Counted from the first letter of the stretch, positions 47,530 to 58,038 are shown. The stretch: DNA of 64,000 bases from an uncultured archaeon (GCA_964473825.1 CAYYQL010000006.1:47367-111366); one strand, 5' to 3'. The notes: generated by a model not told the origin, from the sequence alone. Program-made: numbers and translations.

Positions 47530-49161
47530 TCATCTGATAGGCTCGGTCTTGCCTCCCGTTGTATGAGATATCATCGGAGCGACTGCTTGGGAAGCAGCCT
47601 CGTCGACAGGCACGGTTGAGGAGGGTGGACTAGTCCACTTCTTTATCTTGCGCTCCACATCTTCCACCTTGTAGCGGCCTGCAAGCAGAAAGAGAACTGG
47701 AAAGGATACTAAGAAGAGTAGCATCCCAAAGGAAAGAATGATAGGATTTGTGTATACGTCTGGACCCTGGTAACCGCTGGCAGGACCAATCTTGAGAGTC
47801 TCGTTGAAGAAGTTGAAGAGGGTGTGGGCAACAATAGGAGCCATCAGTGACCTGCCCGAGCTGAAGCGTTCATAGTAGACTCCGAAGAAACCTCCCAGAA
47901 GCCCTGAGAAGACAACAAGAGCTATACCACCCATGAGCTCACCAGTCACAAGCACCCAACAAGCATGCCATATTCCAAAGACAAGGGCGGAAACGGTAAT
48001 GGCTAGGTTCGCGCTGAGCTGGGTCTTCAGTCCATTCTGCAGAAGACCACGGAATAGTGTCTCTTCCATGATAGCATTCACAAGGAAGAAGAACAGCACA
48101 TAGGGAAGCAACTCCGGGTTGACCACACTGAGGGTGAGGGGGTAGGTTGGATCCATGATGGCGGCATAGAGGACCACAGCACCGAGATCGACGATGACGA
48201 ACAGGACCATGAACAGAAGGATTCCGATGCCTAAGTGAACAACGATGCTACTGTCGCTGATTCCCAGTACCGAGTGAATCTCCTTGGGGCGGTATTGCCA
48301 GAAGACGTACAGGATGATCGCCAGGGGGAGAGCCTTTGATGGAAGGATGTTGAGCCAAGTATCGCCCAAGTTGAGAACAAGGATGTCTATCAGTCTGAAT
48401 ACGATTGAAAGGGCAAGTATACACAGAGCGAGAGGTAGTAGATTCATGCGGGTGAGCAGAGAGGTTTCTGCAACCTCCTCGTCCCGCTCAGGATTGGATG
48501 GAGGCGATAAGAGTTCTTGTGAAGACCGAGAGCTGGAGAAACGAAACCACGGATTAATCAGGCCAACGGTGGCCAGCATCATCATGACCATACTCAGGAT
48601 GTCTGGAATGACCTCCAGACCCATCGCGGTGAGTGGCGCCTTTATGCCCTGCCCAACGACTCCGACAACAAGCGCCAAGACGAGGATATCGCTACGGACC
48701 TCCTCGAGTCGGCCGGTTCTCCACGTGATGACAAAGGTCACTAGCATTGCAAGCATCAGGGAGAGCAATACGGGAATCAGGAGCGCCATGATGAACAGTT
48801 CTGATGGACCAAGAAGCACAGTGAGGATCCAGTAGGAGGTAGTCAGTGCCATTGCCCTGAGATGATAGTGTTGATACTTGTGCAACCAGATATGTAGTAC
48901 AACACCAAGCAGGGGCACAACAGTACCCGCAATGACCAGTGCTCTGAGCTTGAAAAGCTCGAGGGTAGGTTCAACCCATCCGGCCCTTGGTAGAGTCTGC
49001 AGAAGCATATTGAAGGCTTGGGCTACCGATACGATACCGAACATGAGGGGTAGATCGGTGAGAAGACGGGTTTCTTGTCGTAACCAGGAACGGGTCAGAA
49101 AAACTGCTAGAACTGCTGTCATCGATGCCACTAGCAGACCCAAAATAATTGTGATGTCCAT
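47530..49161 (-). CDS. Membrane protein: N-terminal multi-TM domain fused to a CPBP (CAAX/Abi) intramembrane protease
   Basis: EETLFRG, FGIWH, HTLFN in the C-terminal half; polar linker between two TM blocks. Confidence 0.8.
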   Translation of the reverse strand: MDITIILGLLVASMTAVLAVFLTRSWLRQETRLLTDLPLMFGIVSVAQAFNMLLQTLPRAGWVEPTLELFKLRALVIAGTVVPLLGVVLHIWLHKYQHYHLRAMALTTSYWILTVLLGPSELFIMALLIPVLLSLMLAMLVTFVITWRTGRLEEVRSDILVLALVVGVVGQGIKAPLTAMGLEVIPDILSMVMMMLATVGLINPWFRFSSSRSSQELLSPPSNPERDEEVAETSLLTRMNLLPLALCILALSIVFRLIDILVLNLGDTWLNILPSKALPLAIILYVFWQYRPKEIHSVLGISDSSIVVHLGIGILLFMVLFVIVDLGAVVLYAAIMDPTYPLTLSVVNPELLPYVLFFFLVNAIMEETLFRGLLQNGLKTQLSANLAITVSALVFGIWHACWVLVTGELMGGIALVVFSGLLGGFFGVYYERFSSGRSLMAPIVAHTLFNFFNETLKIGPASGYQGPDVYTNPIILSFGMLLFLVSFPVLFLLAGRYKVEDVERKIKKWTSPPSSTVPVDEAASQAVAPMISHTTGGKTEPIR

Positions 49162-49271
49162 TGATAATCAACTCTGAATCTCGCAAAGACGTGAAGATGG
49201 TAGAATAAAAAGAACCCAAAAAAATGGAGCAACGTATCAGATAGAACCAGACATGTGGGAAATGCTACAAA

Positions 49272-49985
49272 TCACAGACCGAACCGCTCCTCAATGACCC
49301 CCACCCTCTTCGAGTAGACCCAGACAGCCTCAGCGCAGACATGCCAGGCCATCATCATATCAGAGTCCAGTCGGAGATGTCTATCAAAGAGGGACTTGAT
49401 CTCAGAACTCATATCGCCATGTGGAAAGGCTCCAATCCCTATTGCTACGGGCGTCTTCACACTGGAGGGCAGCATTGCCTCGAAATCGGCGATGGTGGTA
49501 GATTCTCCGTCTTCTGCCGCGAGAATGCTCAGAATATCACCCGACTTCTGGTGGATTCTATCGAGAAGCTGAGATAGATTCTCTCCCGTGATCCTCAGGA
49601 GAGGTGGTCCATCTGGTGGGACAGCACCCTCTGATAGTAATTGCTCGAAGAGACCAACAAATCTGTCGTAGTTTCGAGGGAGTCTTACTGACCTGTCAAG
49701 CTCGATGATCCGACCATCTTGGCAGTGGATGTGGACAGAGAGGTGGCCCTCCTTACAGAGAGGGGTCTCGAGGAGGGTCATGAGGGAGAGATAGACAATA
49801 TCGGGACGACCGCGGCGGCGGTGCTCATCCAGTCGAGTCATAGACCTCCCATGATGAGTCTGGTCGAGTAGAATCTCACCGGGCTTCTTTCCCTTACGCG
49901 AGGCATATCTCTGAATCTCTTTCAAAGCGGAGATTTCTGAGGGAACGAGTTCAAGTGCTGAGTCTAAGAGAATGACATGAAGCAT
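49272..49985 (-). CDS. nep1: 16S rRNA pseudouridine methyltransferase Nep1
   Basis: LLDQTHH, RGRPDIV, RLPRNYDRFVGL.EQL, IGAFPHG. Confidence 0.93.
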   Translation of the reverse strand: MLHVILLDSALELVPSEISALKEIQRYASRKGKKPGEILLDQTHHGRSMTRLDEHRRRGRPDIVYLSLMTLLETPLCKEGHLSVHIHCQDGRIIELDRSVRLPRNYDRFVGLFEQLLSEGAVPPDGPPLLRITGENLSQLLDRIHQKSGDILSILAAEDGESTTIADFEAMLPSSVKTPVAIGIGAFPHGDMSSEIKSLFDRHLRLDSDMMMAWHVCAEAVWVYSKRVGVIEERFGL

Positions 49986-50062
49986 AATAACAACAGGAAG
50001 CTAGAACCCTACGAACAATTTAAGGGGTTTGAATGTTTCCAGCGACTGTGGTGTGCTGAAGG

Positions 50063-50389
50063 ATGTCAAGCAGAAGGCGATCTAGGAGGCAAGTCAAACG
50101 GATAGCCGAAGAGAGGATATGCCTTCTGTGGAAGCAAGCCCAAAAGATTGCCACCTCCGACCCTGCCCTTGCCCGTTCACTCATGCAGACAGCAAAGAAG
50201 GTAGCACAGAAGGCGCGGATGAAACTACCAAGGGATATGAACAGACGGATCTGTAAGGGTTGTGGGACCGTATTGATTCCTGGTCAGACCTGCAGAGTCA
50301 GGGTGAGGAACAACAGAACAGGCCATGTGACTGTGACCTGCCTCGAATGCGGCGCAATACGACGCTTCATCGTTGAAAGGCAAGCTTAA
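50063..50389 (+). CDS. rnp4: RNase P protein component 4 (Rpp21)
   Basis: IAEERI..L, CKGC..LIPG, CLECG..RRF. Confidence 0.93.
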   Translation: MSSRRRSRRQVKRIAEERICLLWKQAQKIATSDPALARSLMQTAKKVAQKARMKLPRDMNRRICKGCGTVLIPGQTCRVRVRNNRTGHVTVTCLECGAIRRFIVERQA

Positions 50390-50413
50390 TGAGCACATCA
50401 GAGAGAGGGGTCT

Positions 50414-50686
50414 ATGATACTGATGAGGCCAGACAGCACGCGTGTCAGCATTGTGTGGCAAGAGCCTGCGATGATGCAGATAGGAAAGGGTGGGCTCTCC
50501 GAAGGAGTCATCAAGGAGGTCAAGCGCCTGCTCAAGACACATAAGTGTATCAAAGTACGGGTGCTCAGAAGTGCACTCTCGGAGGATACTAAGGAGTCAC
50601 TCTTCACTGAGATCTGTGATGCGACGGGGGCTCATCTTGATAGTATCCGAGGAAACACTGCAGTCATCTTCAAAATGGAGAAATGA
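50414..50686 (+). CDS. yhbY: YhbY/CRM RNA-binding protein
   Basis: QIGKGG...IKV..L...RGNT. Confidence 0.88.
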   Translation: MILMRPDSTRVSIVWQEPAMMQIGKGGLSEGVIKEVKRLLKTHKCIKVRVLRSALSEDTKESLFTEICDATGAHLDSIRGNTAVIFKMEK

Positions 50687-50815
50687 CACGGAATGCTATC
50701 GACTCATGATAAGCCTTATATGCTGACTCAAAGCTGCTCGTTCAGCCTTCTGAGGTAGGCCACCAGCTCAGTTGATGTGCGGTGACTAATCACTAAGGAG
50801 AATGGTGACTGACAT

Positions 50816-51268
50816 ATGCCCACTGTCTACGATATACCAGCCAACATACTGATACGGCGACTCGCTCAGGACCTGAAGTCCAGAAAGGAGATCAGCCCTC
50901 CAGAGTGGAGCCCCTATGTTAAGACGGGGTCCCATAAGGAGAGAGCACCTGAGAATCCTGACTGGTGGTATGTTCGATGTGCCAGTATTTTGCGCAAGGT
51001 GTACATGAAAGGTCCGGTCGGTACAGAGAAGCTCCGTATCGACTATGGAGGTAGGAAGCGAAGAGGTTCGAGGCCGACTCACTTCCAAAAGGGCAGTGGA
51101 GCAATTGTTCGAACAGCACTTCAACAACTGGAAAGAGCTGGGTTTGTCAAGAAGGATAACAAGAGGGGACGCGTCATGACCGACATTGGAAGGTCGTACA
51201 TGGATCGTCTTTCAGCATCTCTGAAGATGGAGCTTGAGAAGGCAATTCCAGAACTTGAGAAATACTGA
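50816..51268 (+). CDS. rps19e: 30S ribosomal protein eS19
   Basis: PEWSPYVKTG.HKERAP..PDWWY.R.ASILRK. Confidence 0.97.
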   Translation: MPTVYDIPANILIRRLAQDLKSRKEISPPEWSPYVKTGSHKERAPENPDWWYVRCASILRKVYMKGPVGTEKLRIDYGGRKRRGSRPTHFQKGSGAIVRTALQQLERAGFVKKDNKRGRVMTDIGRSYMDRLSASLKMELEKAIPELEKY

Positions 51269-51290
51269 GCTTATATGAGGATTGAGAGCC

Positions 51291-51620
51291 ATGAGTGACG
51301 AGGAGCTCGAAGCCATTCGTCAGAAGAAACTTGAGGCCCTCAAGGAAGAGGCCACCCGCGATCAGGCGGATGAAGAACGGGCTGCCCAAGCACGAGCCCA
51401 GAAAGAGGCAATACTCAGACAGATACTGACTCCAGAGGCAAGATCTAGACTGACCAATATTCGAATGGTCAAGCCGCAGTTTGCCGAACAGATTGAGATG
51501 CAACTCATTCAACTGGCCGGTTCAGGAAGGCTCAAAGGCAAAGTGACGGACGACCAGCTCAAGAACCTCTTGATACAGATCAGAGGAAGAGAGCGAGAGA
51601 GAAAAGTAACTTTCAGATAG
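51291..51620 (+). CDS. PDCD5-like DNA-binding protein
   Basis: [24 protein letters not shown]. Confidence 0.93.
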   Translation: MSDEELEAIRQKKLEALKEEATRDQADEERAAQARAQKEAILRQILTPEARSRLTNIRMVKPQFAEQIEMQLIQLAGSGRLKGKVTDDQLKNLLIQIRGRERERKVTFR

Positions 51621-51646
51621 AAACGCTGCGCAATAGGTGAAAGAGA

Positions 51647-51802
51647 ATGGCAAGAAACAAGCCACTAGGAAAGAAACTCAGGATGGCAAAGAAGCTAAAG
51701 TCCAATTCCTCAGTTCCTACCTGGGTCGTAATGAAGACCGGCGGTAAGGTGCGAAGGAATCCGAAGCAGCGCAACTGGCGTCAGACCAAGCTAAAGCCAT
51801 AG
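51647..51802 (+). CDS. rpl39e: 50S ribosomal protein eL39 (not in ORF track)
   Basis: Translation [51 protein letters not shown]. Confidence 0.96.
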   Translation: MARNKPLGKKLRMAKKLKSNSSVPTWVVMKTGGKVRRNPKQRNWRQTKLKP

Positions 51803-51818
51803 TCAGGTGTGCAATCAG

Positions 51819-52268
51819 ATGAGTCAAGAAGAAAAGAGCGAATCAGAGGTACCTGCAGAAGAGATCGAGATTCCTGAGATTGATGATATCGAAGAACTCC
51901 CCGAGATAGAAGAAATTGGAGAAGAAGAGCTGGAAGAACTTGAGGCGGTCACTGAAGAGGTAGAAGTCACGCCCGAGATACCCCTTGAGGAGATACCTGA
52001 AGAAGAGGAGATTATCGATGAGAGGATTTACACGGTACCACTCAGAAAGGCATACTGGACAGGCAGCAGACTAAGAAGATCGAACCGAGCTGTGAGAATT
52101 CTCAGACAGTTTGTGGAACGGCATATGAAACCAGAGGGGATTGTCATCCAGCCCGAGGTCAATGAGAAGATATGGGCCAGAGGGATTCAGAAGCCACCCC
52201 GCAGAGTTCGCATACGTGCAACAAAGAACTCAGAGAATCTCGTAAGAGTCTATCTTGCGGAGGGATAG
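51819..52268 (+). CDS. rpl31e: 50S ribosomal protein eL31 with acidic N-terminal extension
   Basis: ERIYTVPLR, VNEKIWARGIQKPPRRVR. Confidence 0.95.
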   Translation: MSQEEKSESEVPAEEIEIPEIDDIEELPEIEEIGEEELEELEAVTEEVEVTPEIPLEEIPEEEEIIDERIYTVPLRKAYWTGSRLRRSNRAVRILRQFVERHMKPEGIVIQPEVNEKIWARGIQKPPRRVRIRATKNSENLVRVYLAEG

Positions 52269-52271
52269 TCT

Positions 52272-52940
52272 ACGTCAATCGCCCGCACTGGCTTTGAGGG
52301 CGATATGAATGTCGGAGCATTCGGAATCGCCACTGACCGATTTGTGTTTGTTTCTCCAAACATGTCTGAGAAGTCCCTTGATGTTTTTGAGAAGACCTTC
52401 AACCTTCCACTGGTACAATCCACAGTGGCAACTCTTGACGCAGTCGGCATAGTCTCTGCAGCCAACTCAAATGGCATCATCGTGCCCTATACCACAACCG
52501 ATGAGGAACTAGCGCAGCTGAAGAAGTATTCTGATTTCAATGTGGGCTGGATTGACAGCAAGATGACCGCTCTCGGCAATATTGTGCTGGCCAATGATCA
52601 TGGGGCAATTTGCCATCCTGAGTTTGACACGAGAGCACGAAAGAAAATTGCAGATATCCTTGATGTGGATGTTGTACCAGGAACAGTAGCACGGCTCCCC
52701 ATTGTTGGTGCTAACACGGTGGCAAACACGCAGGGAGCTGTAGTGCACCCTATGGCTACTGATCAGGAAATTGATGTGATAGCGGAGTTATTAAAAGTAG
52801 TAGTAGAAGTGGGGACCGTGAATAGGGGTAGCCCTTACATTAGACTCGGGTTGTTGGCCAACACAGATGGAATGATTGCCGGAGATGAAACAACGGGTGT
52901 GGAATTGGCCCATATATCCCAAGTACTTGGATTCGTATAG
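52272..52940 (+). CDS. eif6: Translation factor aIF6 (probable ACG start; first ATG at 52305)
   Basis: ALGNIVLAND, GTVNRG, TTGVEL; homology extends upstream of the ATG. Confidence 0.92.
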   Translation, partial: TSIARTGFEGDMNVGAFGIATDRFVFVSPNMSEKSLDVFEKTFNLPLVQSTVATLDAVGIVSAANSNGIIVPYTTTDEELAQLKKYSDFNVGWIDSKMTALGNIVLANDHGAICHPEFDTRARKKIADILDVDVVPGTVARLPIVGANTVANTQGAVVHPMATDQEIDVIAELLKVVVEVGTVNRGSPYIRLGLLANTDGMIAGDETTGVELAHISQVLGFV

Positions 52941-52954
52941 CTGAGGTGACGTAG

Positions 52955-53197
52955 ATGGATTCGAAGATATGGCGCGCAACTGGAGAATACGACAAGAAGA
53001 ACAAAGTCTTTGTCTTCACAAAGGAGCTTATTGCAGATAAGGAAGCACATGTCAAAGAGAAGATTTACTCCGATCTTGGCAGCAGACATCGGGTCAAACG
53101 CAGGCAGATTAGATTTGAGAAGATAGAAGAAATCGAACCCGAAGAACTGACCGACCTAGACTTGCGACGTCTTCTCGGCGTGGAGGCCGAGTTCTGA
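52955..53197 (+). CDS. rpl18a: 50S ribosomal protein eL20/LX
   Basis: FTKE, EKIYSDLGSRHRVKR..I. Confidence 0.93.
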   Translation: MDSKIWRATGEYDKKNKVFVFTKELIADKEAHVKEKIYSDLGSRHRVKRRQIRFEKIEEIEPEELTDLDLRRLLGVEAEF

Positions 53198-53643
53198 TGG
53201 CAGAAGAACAACGAAAGGCGTTGCAGCAGCTCTATGTTGAACAACAGATGGTTGCATCAAACCTGGAGAACCTTCAGGATAGGTTAGAGGTGACAAACCT
53301 CTATCTCTCGAACTACAAGAAAGGGTTAGAGGTCTTGAACCAACTTGACAAACAGGACACAGAGAGCGAGCTGTTCTTCAATGTGGGAGGCGGCCTCTTC
53401 ATAGAGGCCAGAATTACTCAACCAGTCAGAATCATAAGTGATCTCGGGAGCGGGGCCAGAGTAGAGGTGGATCGTCAGCAGGCAATAGAGAATGCAAAGG
53501 ACGTTATCCAAAGGCTTGAAGAACAACGAAACTCACTCCAAGAGAATCTGGAACAGCTCAATGCCCGCGCAGTTCAACTCAATGCTAGAATGCAAGAACT
53601 AGCTGAAACCATACAGAGTGGAGAGGAACAGTCAAGTGTTTGA
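53197..53643 (+). CDS. pfdA: Prefoldin alpha subunit
   Basis: Coiled coils flanking VGGGLFI and LGSGARVE hairpins; synteny. Confidence 0.88.
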   Translation: MAEEQRKALQQLYVEQQMVASNLENLQDRLEVTNLYLSNYKKGLEVLNQLDKQDTESELFFNVGGGLFIEARITQPVRIISDLGSGARVEVDRQQAIENAKDVIQRLEEQRNSLQENLEQLNARAVQLNARMQELAETIQSGEEQSSV

Positions 53644-54547
53644 CAAGCTCCGCGGAGCTCTTGATACAGCTGTAACCAAGGTGACCACCAAGGAACTGAA
53701 CGAGGAGAATCTCTCCAAGGTCGTATGGGAGTTACAGCTCACCCTGATTCAGAATGATGTGGCGGTTGAGGTTGCTGAACGGATATGTGAACTCACGAAG
53801 GAGAAGATTCTTGGTTCGAGAACAGGCAGGTTCGAGAATCTCACCGAATTGTTCAGACATGCGATACATGAATCTGTCTTAGAGGTCTTGGTACCAGAGT
53901 ACCCACTTCGCCCCTTGAAATATGCAGCTGAGAAGAAACAGAATGGAGAAACGACGGTCATAATGTTTGTGGGCGTCAATGGTACAGGAAAGACAACAAC
54001 GCTAGCCAAGATGGCACACCTGTTCAAGAAGAACGGCCTCTCAGTGGTGGCTGCTGCCGGAGACACTTTTCGTGCCGGGAGCATCGAGCAACTGGCAAAG
54101 CACGCAGAACGTCTGGATATCAGACTCATAAAACAAGACTATGGTGCAGATGCTGCTGCAATTGCCTATGATGCTGTTGCTCACGCCAAGGCGAAAGGGA
54201 TAGACGTTGTTTTGATTGATACAGCAGGCAGAATGCAGAGTAACAAGAATCTGCTTGAAGAGATGAAGAAGATAGCAAGAGTTGCAGAGCCTGATTTGAA
54301 AATCTTCGTGGGAGATGCACTTGCTGGGAATGATGCTCTCTCGCAGGCGAAAGAATTCCATGAGGCAATAGGTATCGATGGTGCAATTCTAACCAAGGTG
54401 GACGCAGACCCGTCGGGTGGCGCCGCTCTATCAATTGCATTTGTGACTGGAAGACCGGTGCTGTATGTAGGCGTTGGCCAAACATATGAAGACTTGGAAC
54501 GCTTCGACCCGGAATGGTTTGCCAGGAGACTTGTGGGTCGGGTCTGA
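53636..54547 (+). CDS. ftsY: SRP receptor FtsY
   Basis: GVNGTGKTTT, DTFRAG, DTAGR, TKVD. Confidence 0.96.
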   Translation: MFDKLRGALDTAVTKVTTKELNEENLSKVVWELQLTLIQNDVAVEVAERICELTKEKILGSRTGRFENLTELFRHAIHESVLEVLVPEYPLRPLKYAAEKKQNGETTVIMFVGVNGTGKTTTLAKMAHLFKKNGLSVVAAAGDTFRAGSIEQLAKHAERLDIRLIKQDYGADAAAIAYDAVAHAKAKGIDVVLIDTAGRMQSNKNLLEEMKKIARVAEPDLKIFVGDALAGNDALSQAKEFHEAIGIDGAILTKVDADPSGGAALSIAFVTGRPVLYVGVGQTYEDLERFDPEWFARRLVGRV

Positions 54548-54641
54548 TGACCGTTTGTAGACCTCATTGGTGACATGGGACATTTTATTACGAAGAGTAA
54601 TCTCCTGCGGTCTTGAAGCATTGTTTGAGAGGTTAAAGAAT

Positions 54642-55565
54642 TTGAGTGTGAAAGGTAGAAGCTTCATAGACCTGTATGATTTCAAGCGACATGAGTTACG
54701 AAAGATTTTGGATGCTGCACATGATCTTAAGAGGAAGCAGAAGCGCGGAGAGCCCCACGAACTCCTGAAGGGCAAGTCTCTGGCGATGATTTTCATGAAG
54801 TCCTCGACCAGGACAAGGGTGTCTTTCGAGGTGGGCATGACCCAACTCGGAGGACATGCGCTCTATCTGTCACCCGAAGGTACCCAGCTCGGGAGAGGTG
54901 AGACCATAGGAGATACTGCCCAAGTACTAAGCAGGTATTGTTCAGGGATAATGGCTCGCGTATATGGTCATGATGAGATCAAGGGCCTTGCCGAGCATGC
55001 CACAGTGCCGGTGATAAACGGGTTATCAGATCTCCTGCACCCATGCCAGATTATGGCGGATATGCTGACTATCGAGGAACACAAAGGAGGCCTTGAGGGG
55101 CTTAAGATCACCTATGTGGGAGATTCGAACAATGTGAGTAATTCGATTATGCAAGGCTGCACAATCATGGGCATGGATGTCACGATTGGCTCGCCGAAGG
55201 GGTATACCCCTGATGATGCAATCATGAAGAGGGCAAACGAACTGAGCGAGAGATATGATACAACTCTAGAGGTTGTCAACAACCCCATTGAGGCCGTGAA
55301 GAATGCAGATGTAATCTATACTGATACCTTCTTCAGCATGGGTCAAGAGAGAGATAAGAAGAAGGAAGAAGATCTTATGGCATTCCAAGTGAATCAGAAG
55401 CTAGTGAATGCTGCAAAGAAGCACGTCATTGCCATGCACTGCCTGCCGGCCCATCGAAATGAGGAGATAACTGATGAGATCATGGATGGACCCCATTCAG
55501 TTGTCTTCGACCAAGCCGAGAACAGGCTACATGCACAGAAAGCGATTCTTGCTCTTATTATGTAG
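54642..55565 (+). CDS. argF: Ornithine carbamoyltransferase
   Basis: SSTRTRVSFE, HPCQ, HCLPA, AENRLH. Confidence 0.95.
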   Translation: MSVKGRSFIDLYDFKRHELRKILDAAHDLKRKQKRGEPHELLKGKSLAMIFMKSSTRTRVSFEVGMTQLGGHALYLSPEGTQLGRGETIGDTAQVLSRYCSGIMARVYGHDEIKGLAEHATVPVINGLSDLLHPCQIMADMLTIEEHKGGLEGLKITYVGDSNNVSNSIMQGCTIMGMDVTIGSPKGYTPDDAIMKRANELSERYDTTLEVVNNPIEAVKNADVIYTDTFFSMGQERDKKKEEDLMAFQVNQKLVNAAKKHVIAMHCLPAHRNEEITDEIMDGPHSVVFDQAENRLHAQKAILALIM

Positions 55566-55576
55566 AGGGAGAAGCA

Positions 55577-56536
55577 TTGTCTGTAGAGGTCATCTCAATA
55601 GGCAGAATAAACGTCGACGTGTGTATGCGCGTGGACAGTCTGCCCGAGGCAAACAGACACACCATAGCCCGTAAGGGGCACATCGCATTTGGTGGCTCGG
55701 CAACTAACTTTGCTACGCAGATGGCAAAGTTCGGTATAAGAGTTGGATTGGTAGGGTGTGTTGGTGATGACCTCCATGGACATCAAATCATCAAGGACCT
55801 CTCCAACATCGGTGTTGATACTCGTTCGGTCCTTGTTCTCGATAAGAAGGCAACAGGAATATTCACTATCATCGAAGACAGCCAAGGCAATAGACAGATA
55901 GTTGTTGAGCCCGGGGCCAACAAGTTCATAGAGAAACAATTGCTGGAGGATGTCTCTCTCTCAAAGACACGGACAATCCATATAGCTGGTGGCTTTCCCG
56001 ATATCATCGAGAGAGCAATTGCGATGACAACCACAAACGGGATGGTTCTCTCCCTCGACCCGGGCAGAGCAGCTAGCAATATCAACTTTGAGAGAGTATT
56101 ACCACATACAGACCTACTCTTTGTGAATGAAGAAGAGCTTGGGCAGTATTTTGGTGTAGAGGCAAGAGAGGACAAGCTCAAAGCATTCGCCAAGACATTC
56201 CCAGGCATTGTTATCGTGAAAAGAGGAGAACAGGGCGCGATTGCCACTGACGGGTTTGAGTATTCTGTCTCAAGAGCGTTTCCTGTGGATGTTGTCGATA
56301 CTCTTGGTGCGGGAGACTCCTTCGCGTCCGGGTTTGTTATGGCATGGACGAGGTCTGAAAGAGTATATCAGGCACTGAATGTTGCAAACGCAGCTGCTGC
56401 AATGACTGTTACGAGAATAGGCACACACAAGGGGCAGCCAGACCTTAATGAGACTGCGGATTTCCTTGCGCAATATGGGGTTAACATAGAGCCGGTACTC
56501 AGGACATTTCGACGAAAACGAAGACGGCGACGGTAA
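55577..56536 (+). CDS. PfkB/ribokinase-family sugar kinase
   Basis: GGSATN, VGDD, DTLGAGDSF. Confidence 0.92.
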   Translation: MSVEVISIGRINVDVCMRVDSLPEANRHTIARKGHIAFGGSATNFATQMAKFGIRVGLVGCVGDDLHGHQIIKDLSNIGVDTRSVLVLDKKATGIFTIIEDSQGNRQIVVEPGANKFIEKQLLEDVSLSKTRTIHIAGGFPDIIERAIAMTTTNGMVLSLDPGRAASNINFERVLPHTDLLFVNEEELGQYFGVEAREDKLKAFAKTFPGIVIVKRGEQGAIATDGFEYSVSRAFPVDVVDTLGAGDSFASGFVMAWTRSERVYQALNVANAAAAMTVTRIGTHKGQPDLNETADFLAQYGVNIEPVLRTFRRKRRRRR

Positions 56537-56617
56537 TGCTCCAGTAATACCCACGTAGTATTCCACTTTTTGATAGCATAATCCCCCGATATTAATTGAC
56601 ATTAGAAGGTGTGAGTT

Positions 56618-57757
56618 ATGCATCCACTACTCGAAGAAGTACTAAATGGCTCATCAGGATCTCGACGGGACTCCCAGAGTGGACGAAGCCCAAAGGGATT
56701 TGGCATGGGCGCCACAACGGATGAAGAGCTGGCTGACCTGCTTGAGACAGTAAATGCGAGAATACTGGTAGTTGGAGTAGGTGGGGCGGGGAATAATGCT
56801 GTCACTCGTCTGATGGAGGTAGGGGTTGAAGGAGCAGAAACTATGGCAGCAAACACTGATGCACAAGACTTGTACTTCAGTAATTCACACCATAAACTGT
56901 TACTCGGAAGAGAATGTTGCGGGGGGCTTGGAGCTGGAAACAATCCGGATGTGGGGGAGAACGCCGCAATCGAATCCTATGAAATCATCAAGGAGGTGGT
57001 CCGAGGTGATCTCATCTTCATCACAGCAGGAATGGGAGGAGGTACAGGAACAGGGGCTGCACCACAAATAGCCAAGGCTGCAAAAGAGAACGGGGCGCTA
57101 ACTGTGGCGATTGTTTGCCTTCCCTTTGATGTCGAAGGAGCCACACGTAAGAAGAACGCCACTCGGGGATTGAATGCTCTGATGGAGCATGTGGATACCT
57201 TGATTGCAATACCGAACGAGAAACTCCTTGAGATTGCACCGGATCTCTCTCTTCCGGAGGCCTTCATGGTGGCAGATGAAGTACTGGTCAGAGCAGTCAA
57301 GGGCATTGCAGAGCTCATTTCCAGGCCAGGACTAGTCAACCTTGATTTTGCAGATGTCAGAACGACTATGCGGAACGGAGGAGTGTCAATAATTGCTCTT
57401 GGAGAAGGGCAAGGAGAGGAACGGGCTGAGGAGGCTGTCTATAACGCTCTTCGGAACCCTCTGATTGACGTTTCGATTGAAAATGCGCGAAATATCTTGG
57501 TTAACGTGAGCGGCAGTGCAGACCTGCAGCTCTGTGAGGCAAAGAAAGTAGTACAGCTTGTCACAGAACAGGTGAATCCGGGAGCCGAGGTAATCTACGG
57601 TGCCTTGATCATACCTGAGCTCGAGGATAGACTGAGAGTCACAATCATCGCCTCGGGTGTGAGTTCGCCTTACGTCTTTGATTCGGGGTCCGAACCTGTT
57701 ACTCCCCTCGCAGAGGACCTGAAGGCAGAACTTGGGATTACTCGACTTGAAGAGTAA
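56618..57757 (+). CDS. ftsZ: Cell division protein FtsZ
   Basis: GVGGAGNN, GGGTGTG, NLDFAD. Confidence 0.97.
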   Translation: MHPLLEEVLNGSSGSRRDSQSGRSPKGFGMGATTDEELADLLETVNARILVVGVGGAGNNAVTRLMEVGVEGAETMAANTDAQDLYFSNSHHKLLLGRECCGGLGAGNNPDVGENAAIESYEIIKEVVRGDLIFITAGMGGGTGTGAAPQIAKAAKENGALTVAIVCLPFDVEGATRKKNATRGLNALMEHVDTLIAIPNEKLLEIAPDLSLPEAFMVADEVLVRAVKGIAELISRPGLVNLDFADVRTTMRNGGVSIIALGEGQGEERAEEAVYNALRNPLIDVSIENARNILVNVSGSADLQLCEAKKVVQLVTEQVNPGAEVIYGALIIPELEDRLRVTIIASGVSSPYVFDSGSEPVTPLAEDLKAELGITRLEE

Positions 57758-57855
57758 GCTTTGTGCACTCAGCAAGGGTTAAAAGCGAGCCCTCGGGATT
57801 GCAGACTGCTACACAGCTAGGACCATATTGTTCCTGCACAGGAAGTTGAACGCAA

Positions 57856-58038
57856 ATGGGTGTCGGCAGTTTCATCAACGATAGCAGAAGAATCTTGAAG
57901 CTTGCAACCAAGCCATCTCGGAAGGAGCTCTGGATGAGTACAAAGATCACTCTGCTTGCTATGGTTCTTGTGGGAATGCTTAGCTTCATTGTACAAGTAT
58001 TGATGACGCTAGTGACCTCACAGTGGACAGGTAGCTAG
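57856..58038 (+). CDS. secE: Translocase subunit SecE/Sec61-gamma
   Basis: RILKLATKPSRKE plus one TM; ftsZ-secE-spt5 synteny. Confidence 0.92.
   Translation: MGVGSFINDSRRILKLATKPSRKELWMSTKITLLAMVLVGMLSFIVQVLMTLVTSQWTGS

Noticed and set aside
51819-52015. Acidic Glu-rich N-terminal extension of eL31 as a novelty
   Set aside because: Low-complexity acidic extensions on archaeal ribosomal proteins are common; no specific signal.
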